A stretch of 64,000 bases of DNA from an uncultured delta proteobacterium (GTDB lineage: Bacteria > Myxococcota_A > Polyangia > Polyangiales > Polyangiaceae), in NCBI GenBank assembly GCA_963782055.1, contig CAWAIF010000003.1, positions 3,072,001 through 3,136,000 on the forward strand, in the 5' to 3' direction. This document shows, piece by piece, positions 40,914 to 50,819 of the stretch. Both the position numbers and the translations under genes were made by a program. Below the pieces are notes generated by a model. It had not been told where the DNA came from, ran no database searches, and saw nothing but the letters and a program-made list of their open reading frames with translations. Position 1 is the stretch's first letter; each line of letters begins with the position of its first letter.

Positions 40914-41924
40914 ATGGCGATGAACCTGCAGGCCGTGGGGCGCGTGAGCGGCCCCTCGCGGCGATCGCGCTCGCTGCGTCGCTGGGGCCCCCACTGGCTC
41001 CACGGCTGGACGAGCGCGGACGCCATCTTCCGCAAGGCCTGTGCGGCCGTCGCCGCGTCCATCGTCGTGCTTCTCACCCTGCTCATCTACGAGCTGGTGC
41101 GCGGGTCGAAGCTGTCGCTCGTCAAGTTCGGCCTGCACTTCCTGGTCGACAAGGTCTGGGACCCGGTCGCCGAGCAGTTCGGCGCGGCGACCTTCGCCTA
41201 CGGCACCGTGGTGACCTCGACGATCGCGCTGCTGCTCGCGGTGCCGCTCGGCGTGGGGATCGCCATCTTCCTCGTGGAGATGGCGCCGCGGCGGCTGGGC
41301 GCGGCCGTCGGGTTCCTCGTCGAGCTCCTGGCGGCGATCCCGTCCATCGTCTACGGCCTCTGGGGCCTCTTCGTGCTGGCGCCCTTCGTGCGCGACGTCG
41401 TCGCCCCCTTCCTGCACGCGACCCTGGGCTTCTTGCCGATCTTCGCCGGGCAGTCGCACGGCGTCGGCATGCTGACCGGCGGCATCATCCTGGCGGTGAT
41501 GATCCTGCCGTTCATCGCCGCGGTCTCGCGCGACGTCCTCTCCGCCGTGCCGCAGACGCAGCGGGAGGCGTCGCTCGCCCTGGGCGCCACCAAGTGGGAG
41601 ACCATCTGGCACGTGGTGTTGCCGTACGGGCGCGCGGGCATCGCCGGCGCCGTGATCCTCGCCCTGGGTCGTGCGCTCGGCGAGACGATGGCCGTCACGA
41701 TGGTCATCGGCAACAACCCGCAGATCGTCGCCTCCCTCTTCGAGCCCGGCTACACCATGTCGTCGGTCATCGCCAACGAGTACGCCGAGGCCTCCGGCCC
41801 CATGTACCTCTCCGCGCTGACGGAGGTGGGCCTCTTCCTCTTCCTCATCACCTTCGCGGTCAACGGCGTCGCGCAGCTGCTCATCTGGCGGATGACGCGC
41901 GGCAGGGAAGGGGGCGCCGCGTGA
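40914..41924 (+). CDS. pstC: Phosphate ABC transporter permease
   Basis: ELLAAIPSIVYGLWG, ALGRALGETMAV. Confidence 0.95.
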   Translation: MAMNLQAVGRVSGPSRRSRSLRRWGPHWLHGWTSADAIFRKACAAVAASIVVLLTLLIYELVRGSKLSLVKFGLHFLVDKVWDPVAEQFGAATFAYGTVVTSTIALLLAVPLGVGIAIFLVEMAPRRLGAAVGFLVELLAAIPSIVYGLWGLFVLAPFVRDVVAPFLHATLGFLPIFAGQSHGVGMLTGGIILAVMILPFIAAVSRDVLSAVPQTQREASLALGATKWETIWHVVLPYGRAGIAGAVILALGRALGETMAVTMVIGNNPQIVASLFEPGYTMSSVIANEYAEASGPMYLSALTEVGLFLFLITFAVNGVAQLLIWRMTRGREGGAA

Positions 41925-42802
41925 CCACCGTCGCCACGCCGCCGCCGCGCCGCACGCTCGCCATCTCGCCGCGGCGCAAGCTGACCAACCACGTGATGCT
42001 CGGCCTCTGCATCCTCGCCACGATCGTGGCGCTGGTCGTGCTCGTGCTCATCTTCGGCTACGTGCTCATGCAGGGCGCGCGCTTCGTCAACCTGGCCTTC
42101 TTCACGCAGCTCCCCACGCCGGTGGGCGTTCCGGGCGGCGGGTTCCTCAACTCGCTGGTGGGCACCGGCATCATGGTGGGCGTCGCCTCTGCCATGAGCA
42201 TCCCGGTGGGCCTGTTCGCGGGCATCTACCTGGCGGAGTTCGGCAAGGGGTGGTTCGCGCGGGCGGTGCGCTTCGTCAACGACAGCCTCAACGCGACGCC
42301 CTCCATCGTCGCCGGGCTCTTCGCCTACACCCTCATCGTCCTGGAGACCCACCACTTCTCCGGCTTCGCCGGGAGCGTGGCGCTCGCCGTGCTGATGGTG
42401 CCCACCATCACCCGCACCACCGAGGAGATGTTCCGCCTGGTGCCGCGCACCCTGCGTGAGGCGGCGCTGGCGCTCGGCGTCCCGGAGTGGCGGATGACGA
42501 TGCAGATCGTCCTGCGCGCCGCGGCGCCCGGGGTCATCACAGGCGTCATGCTGGCGGTCGCGCGGGTGTCCGGCGAGACGGCGGCCCTGCTCTTCACCGC
42601 CTTCAACAACCGCTTCCTCTCCACCTCGCTCGACCAGCCGATGAGCAGCGTCCCGGTGCAGGTCTACACCTACGCCGTGGCCCCCTACGACGACTGGCAC
42701 CACCAGGCATGGGCGGGGGCCCTGGTGCTGGTCTCGCTCGTCGCGCTCTTCAGCGCGGCCGTGCGCCTGGCGACGCGCAGCCGCCACCGCTCGAGCGGCT
42801 GA
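41921..42802 (+). CDS. pstA: Phosphate ABC transporter permease
   Basis: PSIVAGLF, REAALALG, ARVSGETAALLFT. Confidence 0.95.
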   Translation: MTTVATPPPRRTLAISPRRKLTNHVMLGLCILATIVALVVLVLIFGYVLMQGARFVNLAFFTQLPTPVGVPGGGFLNSLVGTGIMVGVASAMSIPVGLFAGIYLAEFGKGWFARAVRFVNDSLNATPSIVAGLFAYTLIVLETHHFSGFAGSVALAVLMVPTITRTTEEMFRLVPRTLREAALALGVPEWRMTMQIVLRAAAPGVITGVMLAVARVSGETAALLFTAFNNRFLSTSLDQPMSSVPVQVYTYAVAPYDDWHHQAWAGALVLVSLVALFSAAVRLATRSRHRSSG

Positions 42803-42886
42803 CCCCCGCCCCTCCCCAGGCGCCAGGGAGCCTGGGCGTTCTCACGTCGCGCTCTGCGTCCGACGGTGGCATCCTACGGGGAGAGT

Positions 42887-43585
42887 ATGCCCGGCACCCA
42901 CACCAGCCGCGACTTCGAGGCGGAGCTCCGCGAGCTCCGGGCCCACACCCTCGCCATGGGCGCGCGCTGCGAGCGCAGCCTGCAGCTCGCGCTCGAGGCC
43001 TACTGGCAAGGCTCGACCGAGCTCGCCGAGGAGGTGGTGGAGCTGGACCGACACATCGACCGCGACGAGATGGACATCGACGCGCTGGTGCTCCGCATCC
43101 TCGCCCTGCGGCAGCCGGTGGCCTACGACCTGCGCTTCCTGGCCACCGCGCTCAAGCTGGTGACCGACCTGGAGCGCATCGGGGACGAGGCGGTCAACAT
43201 CGCCGAGCGCGCGCGGGAGGGGAAGGGCGTCGCCCGCAACCAGGTGCGTGACGCGCTGCGGTCCATGTGCGAGCAGGCCCAGCAGATGCTCCGCGACGCC
43301 CTGGACGCCTTCGTCCAGGCGGAGGTCACCCGCGCCGAGCAGGTGCTGGTCCGCGACGACATCGTGGACGCCGCCTACGGGCAGATCCTCCGCACCATGA
43401 TGCAGTTCATGGAGGAGAACCCGAACGAGGTGCCTCCGGCCGTGCGCGTCACCAAGGTCGCCAAGTGCATCGAGCGGGTCGCCGACCACGCCACCAACAT
43501 CGCCGAGGAGGTGATCTTCATGGTGCGCGGGGAGGACGTGCGCCACCACCGGACGCACCCCCCGCCCCCCGCCCGGGAGGGGTGA
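42887..43585 (+). CDS. phoU: Phosphate signalling complex protein PhoU (copy 2)
   Basis: Same motifs as copy 1; visibly high DNA and protein similarity. Confidence 0.95.
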   Translation: MPGTHTSRDFEAELRELRAHTLAMGARCERSLQLALEAYWQGSTELAEEVVELDRHIDRDEMDIDALVLRILALRQPVAYDLRFLATALKLVTDLERIGDEAVNIAERAREGKGVARNQVRDALRSMCEQAQQMLRDALDAFVQAEVTRAEQVLVRDDIVDAAYGQILRTMMQFMEENPNEVPPAVRVTKVAKCIERVADHATNIAEEVIFMVRGEDVRHHRTHPPPPAREG

Positions 43586-43640
43586 CGGCGTCATCAGGCC
43601 GCTGCCAGAGCGTCACCGTCGCAACGCGGGCGCCGCAAGT

Positions 43641-43687
43641 TTCACAGTATCGTCCCGAAGTTCACAGAGCCGTCACGATGTCGTCCG
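43641..43687 (+). promoter_or_regulatory. Pho-box-like repeats upstream of porin gene
   Basis: TTCACAGAGCCGTCACG (43661) nearly identical to GTCACAGAGCCTTCACG before pstB; further TTCAC/GTCCC pair at 43641/43652. Confidence 0.7.
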
Positions 43688-43716
43688 AGGGTGCAGGGCC
43701 GGAAGGGGCCACACCC

Positions 43717-45390
43717 ATGAACCGACGATTCGCGACCCGATGCTTCGCCTTGATGCTCACCGCCGGGGGCGCCGCGAGCGCGCAGACGCCGCCGCCCGCC
43801 GCCACGCCGCCCGCCGCCACCGCGCCCGCCGCCACGGCTCCGGCTCCTGACGCCGGTGCGGCGCCGGGTGTGGGGACCGCGCCGCCGCCGGTCGCCGCCG
43901 CGCCGCCGCCGCCGCTGCCCGCACCACCGCCGCCGCCTCCACCTCCGGCCCCCGCCTCCTCCGGCGGAGGCGTGGCCACACCCCCGGCGAGCGCCGGGAC
44001 GGGCGCCGGCTTCATGTCGCTGCGGCTGATGCGCGAGAAGGGCATCATCACGCAGGCCGAGTACGACAGCGCCATCCACGACCTCTCCGAGAGCGTCGGC
44101 CGCGCGGCCCCCGACGGCCTGTCCTTCGTCCTCGGCAAGTGGTCGACCACGATGTACGGCTTCGTGGAGGCGGACGGCATCTGGGACTCCACCCGCAGCT
44201 TCAACGACATCGCCGGCAGCGGTCAGGTGGCGCGCTCGGGCACCATCCGCGGCGACAACTCCCGCTTCATGATGAGCGTGCGCAACTCGCGCATCGGCTT
44301 CCGCCTGCGCGCGCCGGAGACGCACGGCATCCGCGCGAGCGCCAAGCTGGAGATGGACTTCCTCGGCACCGAGCTCCCCATCGGGGCGGGGCAGCCCTAC
44401 TTCGGCAGCGAGGGCGCCTACTTCACCAACCCGACCTTCCGCATCCGCCACTTCAACCTGAAGCTGGAGACGCCCATCGTCGACGTGCTCATCGGCCAGT
44501 CGTGGCAGCTCCTCGGCTGGCAGGGCATGTACCAGCCCAACACCGTCGAGTACCAGGGCGTGCCGGGTGAGCTCTACGCCCGCACGCCGCAGCTGCTGGT
44601 CCAGAAGACCATCAAGACGCACGCGGTGACGGTGGACGTCGCGGCGGCGCTCGCCCGGCCGGTGCAGCGCGACTCCTCGGTGCCCGACGGGCAAGCGGGC
44701 GTGCGCCTGGCGATCAACCAGTGGACGGGCTGGACCACCAACGGATCCACCGGCACCAACCTGCAGCCCGCCTCCATCGCGCTCACCGGCAACGTGCGGA
44801 AGATCAGCGTGGACGAGTGGTCGGCCGCGCCGAAGAACACCGTCGACAAGTGGGCGTCGGCCATGGCGGTCGACCTCTTCGTGCCGGTGCTGCCCGGGAC
44901 CAAGACCAAGAAGGCCAACGTCCTCTCGCTCACCGGCGAGTTCGCCTACGGCTACGGCGACTCCGACTTCTACACCGGCCTCTCCGGTGGGGTGACCTTC
45001 CCGGCGCCTCCCAACCCGACGGGCGCGAGCCCCGCGCCCACCTACCCGCAGAACATCGACAACGGCATCGCGACCTACGACCTGGCGGGGGGCCTGCACA
45101 CCATCCAGTGGACGTCCTTCTTCGTGGGCGCGCAGTACTACCTGCCCATCCTGGATGGGCGCGTGTGGGTCTCCGGCAACTACTCGCACATCGGCTCGAA
45201 CAACACGCAGTTCTACGGCGCGGCGAGCAAGACGCGGTCGTCGGAGGACTGGTTCGACGCCAACGTCTTCGCCGATCTCACGCGCGCGGTGCGCTTTGGC
45301 GTGGAGTACGCGCACATCGACGACCACTACAACGACGGCGCCACCGCCACCAACCACCGGGTGCAGCTCTCGGCCTTCTACATCTTCTGA
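43717..45390 (+). CDS. Outer-membrane beta-barrel porin (DcaP-like), Pro-rich N-terminus
   Basis: Signal peptide, YGFVEAD, SRIG, RIRH, IGQSW motifs, terminal Phe (LSAFYIF). Confidence 0.7.
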   Translation: MNRRFATRCFALMLTAGGAASAQTPPPAATPPAATAPAATAPAPDAGAAPGVGTAPPPVAAAPPPPLPAPPPPPPPPAPASSGGGVATPPASAGTGAGFMSLRLMREKGIITQAEYDSAIHDLSESVGRAAPDGLSFVLGKWSTTMYGFVEADGIWDSTRSFNDIAGSGQVARSGTIRGDNSRFMMSVRNSRIGFRLRAPETHGIRASAKLEMDFLGTELPIGAGQPYFGSEGAYFTNPTFRIRHFNLKLETPIVDVLIGQSWQLLGWQGMYQPNTVEYQGVPGELYARTPQLLVQKTIKTHAVTVDVAAALARPVQRDSSVPDGQAGVRLAINQWTGWTTNGSTGTNLQPASIALTGNVRKISVDEWSAAPKNTVDKWASAMAVDLFVPVLPGTKTKKANVLSLTGEFAYGYGDSDFYTGLSGGVTFPAPPNPTGASPAPTYPQNIDNGIATYDLAGGLHTIQWTSFFVGAQYYLPILDGRVWVSGNYSHIGSNNTQFYGAASKTRSSEDWFDANVFADLTRAVRFGVEYAHIDDHYNDGATATNHRVQLSAFYIF

Positions 45391-45420
45391 TGGGCGCGCC
45401 GGCGGCTGGCCGGTCGCGCG

Positions 45421-46089
45421 TCAGACCAGGCCCATCCGCCGCAGGGCGGCGGTCGCGCGGAGCCGGCCGCGCAGGCCGAGCACGAAGAGGAGCACACCCG
45501 GGACGCCGCAGAGGACGGAGAAGAGCAGCGTCTCCACGCCGGCGAGGGTGTCCGCGCCCTGCGTCCACGTCGCCCCGACGACGGCCAGCGGCGCGGCGCC
45601 TGCGCACAGCACCACGCCGAGCACGACGAAGGCGAGGCCGCGCGCGCGGCGCCGCCGCAGCGTGGTCACCCCCGCCGGCGGCGTGGGGGCGACGAGCGGT
45701 CCCTCGTAGCGGACCTGCGGTGCGGGAGCCGCGCCCATCCCGGCCACCGGGGCGAAGCGCGAGGGCATGGTGCCGCTGGGATCGCCCCCGGGCTGCGCCG
45801 GCGCGGGGGAGGGCGCGACGGGCGCGGCGGAAGGACCCGCGGCCGGGCGCGCGCCCACCTGCGGGACGTTGGAAGGAAGGGTGGAGCCGACGGCGGAGGG
45901 GCCTGCCGGAGGGGGCGCCGCGGCCACCGCCGGGGCGAGCGCCTGCACCTCGTAGCCGCCCTGCGCGAGCGGCACGACCTGCACCGTGAGCCCCTGCGCC
46001 GCGGCGTGCGCGCGGTGCTGCTCGACGAGCTGAAGGTCCGCCTGCGGGTTGCCGGTGCGAACCGTCGTCCTCCACCCCTGGCCGCTCAT
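45421..46089 (-). CDS. Hypothetical membrane protein, Pro/Ala linker and two C-terminal TMs
   Basis: ORF from ATG 46089; two hydrophobic segments at C-terminus. Confidence 0.6.
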   Translation of the reverse strand: MSGQGWRTTVRTGNPQADLQLVEQHRAHAAAQGLTVQVVPLAQGGYEVQALAPAVAAAPPPAGPSAVGSTLPSNVPQVGARPAAGPSAAPVAPSPAPAQPGGDPSGTMPSRFAPVAGMGAAPAPQVRYEGPLVAPTPPAGVTTLRRRRARGLAFVVLGVVLCAGAAPLAVVGATWTQGADTLAGVETLLFSVLCGVPGVLLFVLGLRGRLRATAALRRMGLV

Positions 46090-46258
46090 CGCACGCGCTC
46101 GCGCCCCGTCATGCGCGCCATCATGGCAGACGCGGAGGGCCCACGGAAGCGAGCCCAAGGCGCGCCGCGGGAGGGGTGTCTCACCGTTGCGCGCTGCGGG
46201 CGCCGCGGTCACCGCGGCGTCGGGCTTCGGCGTCGCACACCCGAAAAGGAGAAGACCG

Positions 46259-46534
46259 ATGACGGGCAACTGGAAGGCGGGCGCCCTCGCGCTCGCGCTG
46301 GCAGGGGCATGTCTGTTCGCCGCCACGAGCGCGCGCGCCGACGACACCACCTACAACGAGACGAGCAACGGCTCCGGGCAGAACGTCGTCTTCAAGGACG
46401 ACCCGCTCGCCGCCGGCGGCTTCGGGCCGAATGACGCGCTCCTTCACGTCCCGGGCACGCCCAAGCGCGTGATGCTGCTCCGGCCGCGCACGCAGTTCAT
46501 CCCCGAGCTGCTCAAGTCGGTGGAGAACCTCTGA
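46259..46534 (+). CDS. Small secreted protein, CglF/GltF-like (gliding motility)
   Basis: AAAGGAG RBS, signal peptide, FKDDPL and terminal LLRPRTQFIPELLKSVENL. Confidence 0.65.
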   Translation: MTGNWKAGALALALAGACLFAATSARADDTTYNETSNGSGQNVVFKDDPLAAGGFGPNDALLHVPGTPKRVMLLRPRTQFIPELLKSVENL

Positions 46535-46548
46535 GCGCCTGAAGCGCG

Positions 46549-47322
46549 CTACTTGAAGAACAGGTAGATCACCAGGCCGAGGATCCCGAGCAGGGACAGG
46601 CCGACGGCGATCGCGCAGCCGATGCCGGTGATGCCCAGCACCGAGGACGAGGAAGAGGACGCCGCGCCCACGTTGGTGTCGGCGCGGAGCATCGCCTCTC
46701 CCTGGGCGAGCGACACCAGCACGTTGAACGGCCGCCCCTGACGCGTGCCGTCCACGCGGACGCCGAGCTGCGCGCGGTGCTTCTGGTCACCCTCGCCCCG
46801 CTCCACCCAGCACACCGCCCCGCAGCGGCGGCAGCGCACGGCGGGGTCGTCGGCCGGCGTGGGGGCACCGCACCCGGCGCACCCCGCGGTGATGCCGGTG
46901 GAGTCGTCCACCCAGGCGAGGCGGTACTCGAGCGAGAGGCCGCCGCCCTCCGCGCGTGTCCAGGGCTCCACCCACTGGTCCAGCAGCAGCTCCTCCGCCT
47001 TGCCCTCCAGGGGCTTCTTGCAGTGAGGGCAGGGCAGGGAGACCTGCTGCTTGGAGGAGATGGCCATGGGCATCCCGCAGGAGCCGCAGAAGCCCACGGC
47101 CAGCCCCGGGGTGCCGCTCGCCATCGCCCGCCGCGCCGCCGAGAACCATGTCTGCAGGCGCTGCGGGGTGAAGCTCGCGTCGAAGTCGACGGGGGTACCG
47201 TCGGCGGCGAAGACGAGCGACGACCCGCGCCCGCAGAACTGGCAGCCCATCGGCACGTGGATGTGCGGAGGGTCCGCCAGCGGCTCGGAGCACTCGGGAC
47301 AGCGCGCGCGCGCGAGGGGCAT
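46549..47322 (-). CDS. Multi-zinc-ribbon protein with C-terminal TM
   Basis: Six CxxC motifs (CPEC, CQFC, CGSC, CPHC, CAGC, CRRC); hydrophobic C-terminus. Confidence 0.7.
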   Translation of the reverse strand: MPLARARCPECSEPLADPPHIHVPMGCQFCGRGSSLVFAADGTPVDFDASFTPQRLQTWFSAARRAMASGTPGLAVGFCGSCGMPMAISSKQQVSLPCPHCKKPLEGKAEELLLDQWVEPWTRAEGGGLSLEYRLAWVDDSTGITAGCAGCGAPTPADDPAVRCRRCGAVCWVERGEGDQKHRAQLGVRVDGTRQGRPFNVLVSLAQGEAMLRADTNVGAASSSSSSVLGITGIGCAIAVGLSLLGILGLVIYLFFK

Positions 47323-47334
47323 CGAACGGGAAGC

Positions 47335-47979
47335 TTACTTCGTCGCGGGCGCGGCGCTGCCCGAGGCGGCGGGCGCCGGTGCGGCGGCGGCGGCCATGGG
47401 CTTGCCGTTCATCTCCTCGATGTGGAACTCGGTGCGGCGGTTCTCCGCGCGGCCCGCCTCGGTGTCGTTGGGCTTGAGCGGCTTGGTGTCGCCGAAGCCG
47501 ACGGTGTGCAGGCGGCCCGCGGCGATGCCGTGATCGGTCAGCCACTTGGCCACCGCGTCGGCGCGCTCCTGCGAGAGCTTCATGTTGGCGTCCGCCTTGC
47601 CGACGTTGTCGGTGTGCCCCTCGATACGCAGCTTGGTGACCGCCGCGTTCTGATCCAGGAAGGTCTTGAGGGTGTTGAGGATCGTCTTGTTGGGATCCTT
47701 GGTGTCGTTGAGCGCGTACTTGTTGGTGGCGAACTGGATCTGACCGGGGATGGAGACCTTGTCGCCCTCCAGCTTCACGCCCTTGACCGCGCGCATCGCC
47801 ACGTGGTGCGGGGCCGGGGCGGGCGTCGGGGTCGGGGTGGGCGTCGGGGTCGGGGTGGGCGTCGGGGTCGGGGCCGGCTCCGCCTGGTTGGTCTGCATCT
47901 TTACCTCGCAGGCCGAGATGGCGTAGCCGCCGGTGAGCGCCGCGAGCATGAACGTGGTGACGATGAGCTTTCGAGCCAT
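47335..47979 (-). CDS. OmpA-family peptidoglycan-binding lipoprotein
   Basis: ISAC lipobox, (PT)n linker, IEGHTD, LSQERADAV, NRRTEF. Confidence 0.92.
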   Translation of the reverse strand: MARKLIVTTFMLAALTGGYAISACEVKMQTNQAEPAPTPTPTPTPTPTPTPTPAPAPHHVAMRAVKGVKLEGDKVSIPGQIQFATNKYALNDTKDPNKTILNTLKTFLDQNAAVTKLRIEGHTDNVGKADANMKLSQERADAVAKWLTDHGIAAGRLHTVGFGDTKPLKPNDTEAGRAENRRTEFHIEEMNGKPMAAAAAPAPAASGSAAPATK

Positions 47980-48140
47980 GGGTTCGGTCCTCCCTGATCC
48001 CGCGAAAGACGGTCTGGACGCCGACCCGATGCGAAGCTCGGGTCTCGGGCGCACGGCGGGGAGGGTAGGCAAGTCGGCGGGCTTTGGGAAGCGGGTTTAC
48101 CGGCGGCGCCCCGCGGGCGTTCTTTGCTAGAACGCACGGC

Positions 48141-50819
48141 GTGCCCACCACCGCCGCGCGCGCCGACAGCCACGGCCTCGCTTCCCGCGTGCGGGAGGAG
48201 CTCGCCGCGCAGGACGCCGAGCTGGCGGCCATGCTCGCCGCGGGCCAGGACGGCCGCGCGCTGGGAGAGGCGCGCGCCGCCGCCCTGGACGCCATGTTCG
48301 GCTGGGTGTTCGAGGCCGCCTGCGAAGCGCACGGGTGCGATCCGGCCCGCGCGCCCCTCACCCTCGCTGCCGCCGGGAGCTACGGCCGCGGCGCGCTCGC
48401 CGCGCGGAGCGACGTGGACGTCCGCCTCGTGGTGCGCGACCGGCCCCGGCGCGCCGCGGGCCTGGCAGACGCCATCCTCTACCCGCTCTGGGACGCCGGG
48501 ATGGTGCTGGGGCACCAGATCGTGCAGCCGCGGGAGGTGCTCACCCTCGCGCGGACGGATCTGGCGACGGCGACGTCCCTGTTCGACCTGCGACCCATCG
48601 CCGGGGACGCGGAGCCGGTTCGGCGGCTTGTCGCGCGGTTCGTCGGCGGGATGCGGGAGCGGCCTGCCATCGACTTCGCCGCGCGGCTGGCGGCGGACAT
48701 CGCCGAGCGGCACGCGCGCTTCGGCACGTCGGTCTACCTGCTGGAGCCGGACGTGAAGAACGGCGCCGGCGGCGCGCGCGATCTGGAGTGCGCCCGCTGG
48801 GCGGCCAAGGCCCGCTTCCCGGCGGCGCGCGAGGGTGACGCGCTGGCGGCGCTCATCGGCATCGGGGTGCTCGACGCGCGCGAGCTCGCGGCGGTGGCCG
48901 CCGCCGACGAGTTCCTCTGGCGGGTGCGCAACCGCCTCCACACGATGGCCTCGCGCCGCAGCGAGCGTCTCACCTTCGAGGCGCAGGAGGCGGTCGCGCT
49001 CGCCGTGGGCTACGACCAAGACGACGGTCGCGCGGCCGCCGCGGAGCGGATGATGCAGGACTACTACCTGCACGCGCGCGCCATCGGCCGCGTGTGCGAC
49101 CGCGTCGTCGCCCGGGCCGGGGCGCGACCTCGCGGTCGCGTGCGCGTCGTGGATCTGGGCGGGGGACTGCTGCTGCGCGGTGGGGAGGCCGCCGTCGCGC
49201 GGCCGGAGGCGCTGCGCGAGGAGCCGGTGCTCGCGCTGCGTGTCCTCGGCGTCTGCGCGCGCCGCGGCGTGCCGCTCGCCCAGGAGGCGCAGGGCGCCGT
49301 CGCGCGCGCGGCGCAGGACCCGGCGTTCGGCGCGGCCCTCCGCGCGAGCCCGGAGGCCGCCTCGCTCTTCGTCGAGCTGCTGTGCACCGTGGCCGACACC
49401 CCCGTCTCCGGCGGGTCGGTCGTGCGGGAGATGCACGAGCTCGGCCTCCTGCTGGCGATGATCCCCGAGTTTGTCCCCGTGACCGGCCGCGTGCACCACG
49501 ACGTCTACCACGTGCTCACCGTCGACGTGCACAGCGTGGCGACCGTCGACTGCCTGCGCGCGCTGGCCCGCGGAGAGCTCGCGGCGGAGCACACCCTGGC
49601 GTCGCGCCTCGCGGCGGAGGTGGCGCGGCCGCGCCCGCTCTTCCTCGCCGCGCTCCTGCACGACGTGGGCAAGGGGTACCCGGACGCCTCCGGGTCGCGC
49701 CGGAACCACTCGCAGGCCGGCGCGGATCTGTGTGACGTCGTGCTTCCGCGGCTGGGGCTGCGGCCGGAGGAGGTGGCGGAGACGCGCGCCCTGGTGCTCC
49801 ACCACCTGGCGATGTACCACGCCGCCACGCGCCGGGACCTGGACGACCCCGCCACCATCGCCGAGTTCGCGCGGCTGGTGCGCGGCCGCGAGGGCCTGCG
49901 CGATCTGTACCTGCTCACCCTCGCCGACATCAGCACGACCTCCCCGCAGGCGATGACGTCCTGGAAGGCGCGCATGCTGGAGGAGCTGTACCTGCGCGCC
50001 GACGAGCACCTCGCCGGAGCGCGCGATCACGTCTACGACGACGAGCGCGTGGCGCGGCTCCGGGAGGAGGCGCACGCCCTCTTCGAGGGGGACGCTGCCG
50101 AGCTCGACGCCTTCGTCGCTGCCATGCCGATGCGCTACCTGCTCGCCACGCCGCCGGCGGCGGTGGCGGCGCACGCCCGCACCGTGCGCGAGGCCGACGG
50201 CAAGCCGGTCCACGTGGCGCTGGGGCCGGCGCGCCACGCCGACACGGCGGAGCTGGTGGTGGTGGCGGCCGATCGCCCCGGGCTGCTCGCCCGCATCGCC
50301 GCCGCGCTCACCGCGTCGCGGCTGCAGGTGCACGCCGCCGAGATCCACGGCGCCTCCCTCGGCGGGCGGGCGGTGGCGGTGGATGTCTTCTTCGTGCGCG
50401 ATCCGGTGGACGGCGCCGCGGGCGCGGCGCGCAGGCTTCCGCGCGTGCGCGCCGACCTCACCGCCCTGTGCGAGGGGCGGACCACCCCGGAGGAGCTGCT
50501 GGAGGCGCGCACCGGGTCCCGCTCGCCGTGGCGCGAGCGCCCGACGCCCGCGGTGCCCAGCAAGGTCGTCATCGACGAGCGCGGGTCGAGCCGCCACACC
50601 ATCGTCGAGGTCTTCGCGAAGGACCAGCCCGGCCTGCTCTTCCGCCTCGCCCGCGCGCTGGAGCAGCTCGGGCTCTCCATCACGCTGTCCAAGATCAACA
50701 CCGAGGGCACCAAGGTCGCCGACGTGTTCTACGTCAACGAGCTGGACGGCTCGAAGGTCGAAGGCAGGGAGCGCCTCGCGGCGATTCGCGATAGGCTCCT
50801 CTCCGCCACCGGGGAATGA
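48141..50819 (+). CDS. glnD: [Protein-PII] uridylyltransferase/uridylyl-removing enzyme
   Basis: GSYGR...SDVD NTase, LEPDVKNGAGG, YHVLTVDVH, LHDVGKG HD domain, two ACT domains (DRPGLL, DQPGLL). Confidence 0.92.
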   Translation: MPTTAARADSHGLASRVREELAAQDAELAAMLAAGQDGRALGEARAAALDAMFGWVFEAACEAHGCDPARAPLTLAAAGSYGRGALAARSDVDVRLVVRDRPRRAAGLADAILYPLWDAGMVLGHQIVQPREVLTLARTDLATATSLFDLRPIAGDAEPVRRLVARFVGGMRERPAIDFAARLAADIAERHARFGTSVYLLEPDVKNGAGGARDLECARWAAKARFPAAREGDALAALIGIGVLDARELAAVAAADEFLWRVRNRLHTMASRRSERLTFEAQEAVALAVGYDQDDGRAAAAERMMQDYYLHARAIGRVCDRVVARAGARPRGRVRVVDLGGGLLLRGGEAAVARPEALREEPVLALRVLGVCARRGVPLAQEAQGAVARAAQDPAFGAALRASPEAASLFVELLCTVADTPVSGGSVVREMHELGLLLAMIPEFVPVTGRVHHDVYHVLTVDVHSVATVDCLRALARGELAAEHTLASRLAAEVARPRPLFLAALLHDVGKGYPDASGSRRNHSQAGADLCDVVLPRLGLRPEEVAETRALVLHHLAMYHAATRRDLDDPATIAEFARLVRGREGLRDLYLLTLADISTTSPQAMTSWKARMLEELYLRADEHLAGARDHVYDDERVARLREEAHALFEGDAAELDAFVAAMPMRYLLATPPAAVAAHARTVREADGKPVHVALGPARHADTAELVVVAADRPGLLARIAAALTASRLQVHAAEIHGASLGGRAVAVDVFFVRDPVDGAAGAARRLPRVRADLTALCEGRTTPEELLEARTGSRSPWRERPTPAVPSKVVIDERGSSRHTIVEVFAKDQPGLLFRLARALEQLGLSITLSKINTEGTKVADVFYVNELDGSKVEGRERLAAIRDRLLSATGE

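Noticed and set aside
36207..45390. tRNA-Leu as integration site for a pho genomic island
   Set aside because: No integrase, no duplicated tRNA 3' end seen, and composition matches the flanks
47810..47875. (GGGGTC/GGGCGT)n repeat as non-coding or G4 element
   Set aside because: Encodes the ordinary Pro-Thr linker of the OmpA lipoprotein
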